Origin: Chitinophagaceae bacterium
Lineage (GTDB): Bacteria > Bacteroidota > Bacteroidia > Chitinophagales > Chitinophagaceae
Assembly (NCBI GenBank): GCA_046329665.1
Contig: JAXLUG010000020.1
Span: 32,805 to 56,804 of the forward strand
DNA length: 24,000 nt
Reading direction: 5' to 3'
Notes under the pieces: generated by a model
Told to the model about the DNA's origin: nothing
What the model saw: the letters and a program-made list of their open reading frames with translations, nothing else
Databases searched by the model: none
Position numbers and translations under genes: made by a program
Shown here: positions 15,904 to 23,578 of the stretch, piece after piece
Numbering within the stretch: position 1 is the stretch's first letter
Layout: each line of letters starts with the position of its first letter

Positions 15904-16710
15904 TCAGCGGAGGAGGATTTCCTTTGTGATGATATAAATACCCATTACGAGGATGAACCACCCAAATCCTCTTTTCAGTGATTTGCCGGGTATTTTTTCA
16001 GCGAAACGGCTGCCGATAAAAATGCCAAGGATGGCAAGCCCGGTGAAGACAAGCAGCAGCACCCAGTTATAACTGAACTGTTTCAGGCTGAATAAAAATC
16101 CAAAGAGTGAATTGATAGCGATGATGAGCAGGGAAGTGCCTACGGCCTTTTTCATTGCCAGGCCCAGGAACACCACCAGTGAAGGGATGATGAGAAAACC
16201 ACCGCCGGCTCCCAGTAACCCTGTCAACGTACCTATCAGCAAGCCGAGGAATATAAGCGGGATCACTTTGCTTGCCGGGTGTGAGCTGGTTTCGTTTTGT
16301 TCAGGGACAGCATCCCTTTTACTTCTTATCATGGTAACGGAAGCAGCCACCATCAGGATGGCAAACACCACCATCAGCAGGATGTCCTTTGAAACGGGCT
16401 TGCTGCCGATATAAAATACAGTCTCTGGTATAGCAGGCAGAATATAATGACGGGCAATGAAGATGGAGAAAACAGAGGGAATACCGAATTCGGTTATAGC
16501 CCTGAAGTCGATCAGGTTCTTTGAATAAGCCCTTATCCCGCCAACAAGGCTGGTAAGTCCAACGATGAAGAGTGAACTGGCTGTGGCTTCCAGCGGGTGT
16601 ACGCCCATCAGGTATACCAGTACGGGTACGGTAAGGATAGATCCGCCGCTGCCGACCAGGCCCAGTGAGATGCCGATGAGTACAGAAGCCAGATAGCCGA
16701 GGATCTCCAT
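15904..16710 (-). CDS. TauE/SafE-family (TSUP) sulfite/organosulfonate exporter
   Basis: 268 aa, about 8 TM helices, with repeated GxGGGxxxxP-like motifs (LVGSGGSILTVP, LLGAGGGFLIIP). Confidence 0.8.
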   Translation of the reverse strand: MEILGYLASVLIGISLGLVGSGGSILTVPVLVYLMGVHPLEATASSLFIVGLTSLVGGIRAYSKNLIDFRAITEFGIPSVFSIFIARHYILPAIPETVFYIGSKPVSKDILLMVVFAILMVAASVTMIRSKRDAVPEQNETSSHPASKVIPLIFLGLLIGTLTGLLGAGGGFLIIPSLVVFLGLAMKKAVGTSLLIIAINSLFGFLFSLKQFSYNWVLLLVFTGLAILGIFIGSRFAEKIPGKSLKRGFGWFILVMGIYIITKEILLR

Positions 16711-16723
16711 GTATTATTTTTTG

Positions 16724-16767
16724 CAAGATTAGCGACAGTCTTTATCCTGCATTGTGACACAAATCAC
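16724..16767 (-). promoter_or_regulatory. Operator-promoter 8 (tauE): exact site GTGATTTGTGTCAC (16754-16767), 22 nt, then -7 box TAATCTTG (16724-16731)
   Basis: Exact palindrome placed between the regulator stop (16778) and the tauE ATG (16710). Confidence 0.6.
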
Positions 16768-16777
16768 GGCCGGTAAA

Positions 16778-17395
16778 TCATACCAGTTCGATCATGTTCC
16801 GGTGAAGCTTTACCAGGTTTCGCTGTTCCATCTTTTTTAAGAGTCTTGAAATCACCTCCCGGGAGCTGTTCAGGTCATCTGCGATCTGCTGATGGGAAAG
16901 CTCGATCGTTTTTTTACCGCTTACACCGGCATGGCGTTTCAGGTAAAACTCCAGTCTTTCGTCCATGTTACGGAAAGCAATATTGTCCACCACCGCCAGC
17001 AGCTCATCAAACCGTGAACGATAGGTTTGTATCACGAACTGGTACCAGCTTTTGTACTTGTTCATCAGGTCATCCATTAACTGGATGGGGATCATCAGCA
17101 CTTCGGTATCTTCTTCGGCCTTGGCCATTACTTCACTGGTCTGCGATTGAAGGGCGCAGATCATGGAAACCGCACAGGCCTGGCCGGGGCCGAGATAATA
17201 CATGAGGAATTCACCGCCTTCTGCATTTTCCCGGTATATTTTTATTCTTCCTTCCAGCACCAGCACGGCTGATTTAATGTATTGCCCTGTCCGCATAATG
17301 ATATCACCGGCATTAAAGCTTCGCTGGATCGCTTCTTTTTCGATCAGTTCAACCAGGTGGGGTTCGAATTGCGGGAATAATTGTTTCCAGTTCAT
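16778..17395 (-). CDS. Crp/Fnr-family transcriptional regulator; candidate regulator of the sulfur island
   Basis: 205 aa. Beta-roll effector domain (GDIIMRTGQYIKSAVLVLEGRIKIYR) and HTH LSHQQIADDLNSSREVISRLLKKM. Exactly two Cys (C73, C80). No N-terminal FNR-type Cys cluster. Confidence 0.8.
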   Translation of the reverse strand: MNWKQLFPQFEPHLVELIEKEAIQRSFNAGDIIMRTGQYIKSAVLVLEGRIKIYRENAEGGEFLMYYLGPGQACAVSMICALQSQTSEVMAKAEEDTEVLMIPIQLMDDLMNKYKSWYQFVIQTYRSRFDELLAVVDNIAFRNMDERLEFYLKRHAGVSGKKTIELSHQQIADDLNSSREVISRLLKKMEQRNLVKLHRNMIELV

Positions 17396-17405
17396 GCGTA
17401 TTAAA

Positions 17406-18686
17406 TTAATCTTCCAGAACGGTTTCCATCTTCATGCTCCTGCTTCCTTTTACCAGCAGGTGGGCATTTTCAAAATGTTGTTGCTGCAGCCAGGTTTTGG
17501 CTTCTGCCGCACTGGCAAAAGAACGAAAGGGATGGCTGATCTTTAAAAAATCGCCGCCCACCAGTACAACATCGGCCCAGTGATATTGGTTAAGCAGTTC
17601 GGCAATGGCCGTATGCTCCTGCAGGCTTTCTTCACCCAATTCGGCCATAGCTCCGAGCAATACTATTTTTTTGCCGGCCTCCATTTTTCCAAAATTTTCG
17701 ATGGCGAGTTTCATACTGGAGGGATTGGCATTGTAGGCATCAAGAATGACTGTATTGCTCCCTTTCATGATCAGTTGTGAGCGGCTGTTGGAAGGGTGAT
17801 AACGTTCAATGGATTCACGGATCTTATCATCCTGTACACCAAAATGTTTTCCGGCACATACCGCCGCCAGCACATTCGGCAGGTTATAGTCACCTACAAG
17901 TTGTGTTCGGATCGTACCGGTAGCGGCGCCTTTGCTGATCCCGACTTCCAGGAAGGGCTCGCTTTTTATGGCCTGGCCTTCGATGGTGGCGTTGGAAGTG
18001 CCGTAAGTAATGATGTGACGGATGCCTTTGCTCATCTCCGCCAGGTATTCATAATCCTGCATCATGAATACTGTGCCCCCGTTATTCCGCAGGTGGTTAT
18101 AGAGTTCGCCTTTACCCTTGCGGACGCCTTCCACCCCGCCAAAGCCTTCCAGGTGGGCTTTGCCGCAGTTGGTGATCAGGCCGTGGGTGGGCAGGGCATA
18201 AGTGCAGTAAGAGGCGATCTCGCCCTGGTGATTGGCGCCCATTTCGATAACGGCTATATCAGCATCCTTTCTTATTTTAAGAATGGTCAGGGGTATTCCA
18301 ATATGATTATTAAAATTGCCTTCAGTGGTGTACGTTCTGAAGGAAGAAGAAAGTACAGCGTGGATAAGCTCCTTGGTTGTTGTTTTGCCGTTGCTGCCGG
18401 TGATAGCCAGGAACGGGATCGTGAACTGCTGCCGGTGATATTTTGCCAGTTGCTGCAGGGTGGTAAGCACATCTTCCACCAGGAGGGTCTTGTCCCCTAT
18501 GGCAAAGATCGGGTCGTCAATGACTGCATAGGAAGCACCGGCCTCAATGGCCCGGGAGGCGAAAGTATTGCCGTTGAAATGATCACCCTTTAAAGCAAAG
18601 AACAGGTCGCCGGGTTTCAGTTTGCGGGTATCTGTCTGTACTGAAGGATATTGCCGGAAGATGTGGTAAAGGGCATCAATCTGCAT
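17406..18686 (-). CDS. murF: UDP-N-acetylmuramoyl-tripeptide--D-alanyl-D-alanine ligase
   Basis: 426 aa with DTRKLKPGDLFFALKG, ITGSNGKTTTKE (P-loop) and DAYNANPSSM, the Mur ligase/MurF signatures. Confidence 0.9.
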   Translation of the reverse strand: MQIDALYHIFRQYPSVQTDTRKLKPGDLFFALKGDHFNGNTFASRAIEAGASYAVIDDPIFAIGDKTLLVEDVLTTLQQLAKYHRQQFTIPFLAITGSNGKTTTKELIHAVLSSSFRTYTTEGNFNNHIGIPLTILKIRKDADIAVIEMGANHQGEIASYCTYALPTHGLITNCGKAHLEGFGGVEGVRKGKGELYNHLRNNGGTVFMMQDYEYLAEMSKGIRHIITYGTSNATIEGQAIKSEPFLEVGISKGAATGTIRTQLVGDYNLPNVLAAVCAGKHFGVQDDKIRESIERYHPSNSRSQLIMKGSNTVILDAYNANPSSMKLAIENFGKMEAGKKIVLLGAMAELGEESLQEHTAIAELLNQYHWADVVLVGGDFLKISHPFRSFASAAEAKTWLQQQHFENAHLLVKGSRSMKMETVLED

Positions 18687-18728
18687 GCTGCAAAAATAGC
18701 AGTTCGCCTTTGGACTGCTAACTAAATA

Positions 18729-18755
18729 ACAAACCCTCCTTTCGGGAGGGTTTGT
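18729..18755 (-). terminator. Hairpin/terminator between gldJ and murF
   Basis: An 11-bp perfect stem, ACAAACCCTCC with GGAGGGTTTGT, and a 5-nt loop. On the minus strand it is followed by TATTTAGTT, only a moderate T tract. Confidence 0.5.
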
Positions 18756-18780
18756 CCGGAATATTTCAATTCAGGCAAGC

Positions 18781-20337
18781 TTATCGTTTTTGTCTTTTGG
18801 TCTTGTAGTACTGACCTGTTTTACGCTTGTTTCCTTCGGGGCTGCCCATACGGTCCATTGCACAACGGAAACCAAGTGTGCTTAAAGACTGATCTTCTTC
18901 GAGGAAGCGGCGGCTGCCGGGTGTAAGCCAGTAAGCACGATCATTCCAGCTGCCACCTTTGTAAACTTTTGATTTTTCGGGGTGGATCAGGGTGGTTACA
19001 CCATAGCCATAAGAGGCTTGTGAAAGGGAGTCACCATCCAGGAAGTTGATCACATTACCACGCTGATAGTTCCTGCGGTTTTTGCTTTCTTCATCGGTAA
19101 CATCCACCATTTTCACACGACCGGTGCTGTCTTTTTCATAACGTGTGGAAGGATCCATGGAAGTGGAGTCAGCCACGTAAAGTTTTTTATACCTGTTACC
19201 ACGGAAAGGAGCGGGCATATCATCATAGTCGAGTGAGGAGAGCGGACGATAGGTGTCTTCCACCCATTCGCTCACGTTACCGGCCATATTATAGATACCA
19301 AACCCGTTGGGGAAGAAAGATTCAACAGGTGCAGTGTAGAAAGCACGGTCATTCAGACCACCGGCCACACCGGCGTTATCACCCGATCCTCTTTTGAAGT
19401 TAGCCAGGAAGGTACCCTGCCAGCTGCCATGACGGCTGTCACGCAGACCGGTCATTTTCGGGCTCCAGGGATACATTTGTTTGTTACTGGCCAGTTCCTC
19501 TCCTCTTTTGCCCTCTTTTACACTGGGGCGGGGGTTCTGGTTGATCAGGCCGTAAGCGGCATATTCCCACTCAGCTTCGAAGGGCAGGCGGTAGTCAGGA
19601 AGCAATACACCTGATTCCATTGAAGCGGTGGTGGTCTTCGGTTCGCCTTTCTTGGTTTTTATTTTACCCGGAGGCGCTGTATATAAACCTAAGAGGTAGG
19701 CTTTGGTATTAAAGTTATTGTCACCTTGCTGGGCACCGGGTTTCAGGTTACTCTTGTTCACATAACCGGCCTTCATCAGGAGTTTTTCGTTCACACGGTC
19801 ACTTCTCCAGGCACAGAAGGCCTTTGCCTGTCTCCAGGAAACGCCAACTACCGGGTAGTCGTTGAAGCCGGGGTGACGGAAGTAGAATTCCACCAGCGGT
19901 TCGTTGTAGCTCAACTCACTTCTCCAGCAAAGTGTGTCGGGAAGTGCGGCTGAGATGATCGGAGCATTGGCAGGATCAGAAGGATCGAAGACTTTAAACA
20001 GCCAGTAGAGGTATTCACGATAGTGTACATTCGCCACTTCGGTACGGTCGATGTAGAAAGAAGGAACCGATACACGGCGGGGAATATTATTCCAGTCGCC
20101 CATTACATCCTCCTCTGTCTGACCCATGGTGAAGGTACCGCCCTGTACGAAAACAAGGCCGGGACCAAGACCCTGTTCTTTGGCTTTGGATACCCTGTAT
20201 CCGCCTTCATTTTTGTCGTTGTAATTCCATCCCGTTACGGATGATTTGTCCTTCTTTTTACTGAAGAGACCACCATTTTTACATGATGCCAGCAGCACAA
20301 CGCAGGATAATAGGATTGTTAAGTTTTTCACTTTCAT
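18781..20337 (-). CDS. gldJ: Gliding-motility lipoprotein GldJ (SUMF1/FGE-sulfatase-like fold)
   Basis: The start is taken at MKVKNLTILLSCVVLLASC (lipobox; ATG 20337, alternative 20349). Long FGE-like domains (VFVQGGTFTMG, YNMAGNVSEWV, GFRCA). Adjacent to murF, as commonly seen for gldJ. Confidence 0.8.
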   Translation of the reverse strand: MKVKNLTILLSCVVLLASCKNGGLFSKKKDKSSVTGWNYNDKNEGGYRVSKAKEQGLGPGLVFVQGGTFTMGQTEEDVMGDWNNIPRRVSVPSFYIDRTEVANVHYREYLYWLFKVFDPSDPANAPIISAALPDTLCWRSELSYNEPLVEFYFRHPGFNDYPVVGVSWRQAKAFCAWRSDRVNEKLLMKAGYVNKSNLKPGAQQGDNNFNTKAYLLGLYTAPPGKIKTKKGEPKTTTASMESGVLLPDYRLPFEAEWEYAAYGLINQNPRPSVKEGKRGEELASNKQMYPWSPKMTGLRDSRHGSWQGTFLANFKRGSGDNAGVAGGLNDRAFYTAPVESFFPNGFGIYNMAGNVSEWVEDTYRPLSSLDYDDMPAPFRGNRYKKLYVADSTSMDPSTRYEKDSTGRVKMVDVTDEESKNRRNYQRGNVINFLDGDSLSQASYGYGVTTLIHPEKSKVYKGGSWNDRAYWLTPGSRRFLEEDQSLSTLGFRCAMDRMGSPEGNKRKTGQYYKTKRQKR

Positions 20338-21345
20338 TGTTTTTTGCATAAACCTGTGAATTGGAATATTTTTAACGCCGGTTGGGGTAAAATATTGCAC
20401 CTCAGAGAAGTTTTACCTGCCGGAATTGCGAATATAACCACTTTAAGTAAACAGGGCTACGCAGAAATACTTTTTTTACCCTGTAAAAACCCGTCCGCTG
20501 GTTTTGAAACCAGGAGGATAAATGCCTTTTCGCAAGGCTGATTTTCCGGGCTCTTATTATTAATATCAAGCTGCATTTACAGGCGAACGGATGCTCCGAA
20601 TTTTTTGCAACCGGTAATGGTACCAGGCTGGTGCTACAAAATCATGAGTCTGCTGACCGATCTTCCTTCTCTCGCCAGTATACCTGCTTACAGGATAGTT
20701 GCTGGCGGAAGCAAAAAGGGCCCCGTACAAATGACTGCAAAGAAAATGCTGTGAGATCGGCAGAAGGGGGCATCGAAAGATTCAGGGACGTTCCTTTTTA
20801 GCCGGCCGTTTACGCCGGTCCGAAAATGAACACAAGGAGTCAATACGGGGAGAAGGATGATACCTTAAAAAGCCATCAGTTGTGTAACCATCACACAGGG
20901 CAACCGGTCTGGTAACCCCGGAATGGGGGAGCCGTGTAGCAGGGGCGATATTATTGCCGGGCATATCTATAATATGCTCCTGAAAGCGATTGCTGGGAAA
21001 GGTAAAAAATAAGCGAGTGCTAATAAATCCTGTATTATTCAGAGGCCAAATGAAACTGTATGATATTCATCAGGAATATCGGCGCAGGGCAGAAGAGTAA
21101 TAGTTAAGTCTTATGCGTTCATTATAACCGCATTAATTATGCACAGAAAAGAATTTTTTTACAATAAATTTTAAATTAGGACGTTTTTCCTGAAATTTGC
21201 CACCCGGGAAAGGTGTGTATGGTATTACCCAACCCCCGGGAAATCAGAAAAAAAGACAATTTTTTGGTTTCAGTGTAAATTTTTCTATTTTAGTTTTGTT
21301 TTTAGTCAAAAGCTCTATATTTACACCATTATTAAAAACTTTCTA

Positions 21346-22482
21346 ATGAGACCAACTGCTTTAAAACTAACTGCCGCAATCCTGCTCTTTTGTGGTATTA
21401 CATCCGCTGTACAAGCGCAGAAATTAAACGTTGTTACTACTGCTGTTCCTTTTCTTCGTATTTCACCCGATGCCCGCTCTGGTGGTATGGGAGATATTGG
21501 CATTGCCACTTCTCCTGATGCCTATTCTGGCATTTGGAATGGTGCGAAAACATCCTTCAGCGATACAAAAGGTGCTATCGGAGCTACCTACACTCCGTGG
21601 CTGCATTATGTGGTAAATGATGTATTCCTTGCTGACCTTGCAGGGTATTACAAATTCGCAGATAACCAGGCCCTTTTCGGATCAGTTCGTTATTTCAGCC
21701 TTGGTGATATCCAGTTCACTGACGCCCTTGGTAATGACCTTACCTCTTTCCGCCCCCGTGAGTTCGGTATCGATGTTGGATATTCAAGGAAACTGAATTC
21801 AAAGCATGCTATCGGTATCGCTTTGAAATATATCAACTCAAACCTCGCCAGCGGTTTCAATGCAGGCGGTACTACTTACAAAACTGGTAGTGCTGTAGCT
21901 GCTGACCTTTCTTACGCTGGTAACTCTATCAAAGCTTCAGGCGATGGTTGGAGATGGGGTGCTGTTCTGTCAAACCTCGGTTCTAAAATATCTTATACTG
22001 ATAACGCTGACGCAAAAGATTTCATCCCGGCTAACTTAGGTCTTGGTGTTAACTATACTAACAAGTTCAACAACGTTAACCAGATCTCTTTCGGTCTTGA
22101 AATCAACAAACTGCTTGTTCCCACTCCTCCTTCAGATTCAGCCGGCCTGGTTGAGTACAGAAATAAAAGTGTGATCGGCAGCTGGTTCAGCTCTTTCGGT
22201 GATGCTCCTGATGGCTTCAGCGAAGAGATCAAAGAATTCCAGGTTTCTCTGGGTGCAGAATACTGGTACAACAACCAGTTTGCTCTCCGTGCCGGTTATT
22301 TCTACGAGAACAAAGACAAAGGCAACCGCCGCTATTTCACAGCAGGTGTTGGTCTTAAATACAACATCTTCGGTTTCAACTTTGCTTACCTGGTTCCTTC
22401 AGGAAGTGGTGTAAACCGCAACCCGCTGTCAAACACGCTGCGTTTCTCCATCCTGTTTGATTTCGACGGCAAAAAGAAATAA
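21346..22482 (+). CDS. porV: Type IX secretion outer-membrane protein PorV (LptO)
   Basis: Signal peptide, then AVPFLRISPDARSGGMGDIGIATSPD, the characteristic PorV N-terminal motif. Beta-barrel with a C-terminal aromatic-rich end. Confidence 0.8.
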   Translation: MRPTALKLTAAILLFCGITSAVQAQKLNVVTTAVPFLRISPDARSGGMGDIGIATSPDAYSGIWNGAKTSFSDTKGAIGATYTPWLHYVVNDVFLADLAGYYKFADNQALFGSVRYFSLGDIQFTDALGNDLTSFRPREFGIDVGYSRKLNSKHAIGIALKYINSNLASGFNAGGTTYKTGSAVAADLSYAGNSIKASGDGWRWGAVLSNLGSKISYTDNADAKDFIPANLGLGVNYTNKFNNVNQISFGLEINKLLVPTPPSDSAGLVEYRNKSVIGSWFSSFGDAPDGFSEEIKEFQVSLGAEYWYNNQFALRAGYFYENKDKGNRRYFTAGVGLKYNIFGFNFAYLVPSGSGVNRNPLSNTLRFSILFDFDGKKK

Positions 22483-22510
22483 GACTCACTAAGAAAGATT
22501 TTATATACAA

Positions 22511-22539
22511 CACCCCGCTTTTGCGGGGTGTTCTTTTTT
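22511..22539 (+). terminator. Rho-independent terminator after porV
   Basis: CACCCCGC, loop TTTT, GCGGGGTG, followed by TTCTTTTTT. Confidence 0.75.
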
Positions 22540-22597
22540 ATATACATACCAGGGAGGCAGTACCGCCTCTTTTATTGATATTTGCCCAAAACAAGGT

Positions 22598-23077
22598 ATG
22601 TCATACCGTATCGGTTCAGGAGTTGATTTTCACCAGCTGAAAGAGGGCAGAGACCTCTGGATTGGCGGGGTTCTTATCCCCCATCATAAGGGAGCTCTGG
22701 GTCACAGCGATGCAGATGTGCTCCTCCATGCCATTTGCGACGCACTCCTGGGTGCCCTCGCATTGGGCGACATCGGCACCCACTTCCCGGATACAGACGC
22801 TTCTCTGAAAAACATAGACAGCAAGATTTTGCTCAGGAAAACCATGGAACTGGTCCGGAATGAAAATTATTCCGTCGTCAATATAGACGCAACCCTTTGC
22901 CTGCAGCAACCGAAAATAAAACCCTATGCCGGAAAGATGCAGGAGGTCATTGCAGCGCTTACAGGCCTTCAGGCGGCCGATGTATCCATCAAAGCCACCA
23001 CCACTGAGCAAATGGGCTTTGTCGGGCGGGAAGAGGGCCTGGTCGCCTATGCTACCGTGCTTCTGAGAAAGAATTGA
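22598..23077 (+). CDS. ispF: 2-C-methyl-D-erythritol 2,4-cyclodiphosphate synthase
   Basis: 159 aa with [30 protein letters not shown] and [12 protein letters not shown]. Confidence 0.9.
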   Translation: MSYRIGSGVDFHQLKEGRDLWIGGVLIPHHKGALGHSDADVLLHAICDALLGALALGDIGTHFPDTDASLKNIDSKILLRKTMELVRNENYSVVNIDATLCLQQPKIKPYAGKMQEVIAALTGLQAADVSIKATTTEQMGFVGREEGLVAYATVLLRKN

Positions 23078-23123
23078 GAATTCTACCGGCAGAAATCATA
23101 CCCCTACCGTTATCTTTGCCCGG

Positions 23124-23567
23124 ATGTCAGCCGTAGAAATAAAGGTCATTAACCATTCCTCAAACCCGCTGCCTTCGTATGCCACTTCCGGGTCATCAGG
23201 GATGGACCTGAGGGCCAGCCTGGAGCAGCCACAGGTCATCAGACCGATGGAAAGAGTGCTTATCCCTACGGGGCTCTTCATCGAACTGCCGGCTGGATAT
23301 GAAGCCCAGATACGCCCCCGCAGCGGACTGGCCATCAAACAGGGCATCACCTGTCTCAACACACCAGGAACAGTTGATGCAGATTACCGCGGGGAGATTA
23401 AGATTATCTTAATCAACCTGTCAGAACAGGAACAGGTCATAGAACCGGGCGACCGGATAGCACAAATGGTGATACAAAAAGTGGAAAAGGCCCTGTGGCT
23501 GGAAACAGCAACGATAAATGTAACCGAGAGAAATGAGGGAGGCTTCGGGCACACCGGAAAACAATAA
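23124..23567 (+). CDS. dut: dUTP diphosphatase
   Basis: 147 aa with [30 protein letters not shown] and the C-terminal GGFGHTG. A perfect TATCTTTG -7 box lies at 23111-23118. Confidence 0.9.
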   Translation: MSAVEIKVINHSSNPLPSYATSGSSGMDLRASLEQPQVIRPMERVLIPTGLFIELPAGYEAQIRPRSGLAIKQGITCLNTPGTVDADYRGEIKIILINLSEQEQVIEPGDRIAQMVIQKVEKALWLETATINVTERNEGGFGHTGKQ

Positions 23568-23578
23568 AGAAACAGCCG

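Noticed and set aside
17360-17369. A 10-nt match (GGGTTCGAAT) between the tRNA-Ser T-arm (4369-4378) and the far end of the sulfur island. I considered it as a possible att repeat marking a tRNA-inserted genomic island.
   Set aside because: It is only 10 nt, lies inside the regulator coding sequence and is within chance expectation given all the tRNA 10-mers. No integrase, transposase or other mobility gene is present.
16778-17395. Reading the island regulator as an O2-sensing FNR controlling cydAB.
   Set aside because: It lacks the N-terminal Cys cluster needed for a [4Fe-4S] centre. Its recognition helix carries the CRP-type Arg that fits GTGA rather than the FNR TTGAT half-site.
17796-18593. 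Long antisense ORFs opposite real genes, for example 17796-18593 (+, 265 aa, inside murF), 12691-13308 (+, 205 aa), 8736-9260 (+), 14563-15051 (+), 626-1180 (-) and 7376-7819 (+).
   Set aside because: They lie fully within, and opposite or out of frame to, genes with clear family signatures. Their translations are low-complexity and Arg/Gly/Pro-rich with no recognisable motifs. These are typical shadow ORFs.
20782-20964. A 60-aa ORF on the minus strand in the gldJ-porV gap.
   Set aside because: It has no recognisable motif, an Arg/Pro-rich composition and no promoter box in front. It is more likely a chance ORF in a decayed or non-coding region.
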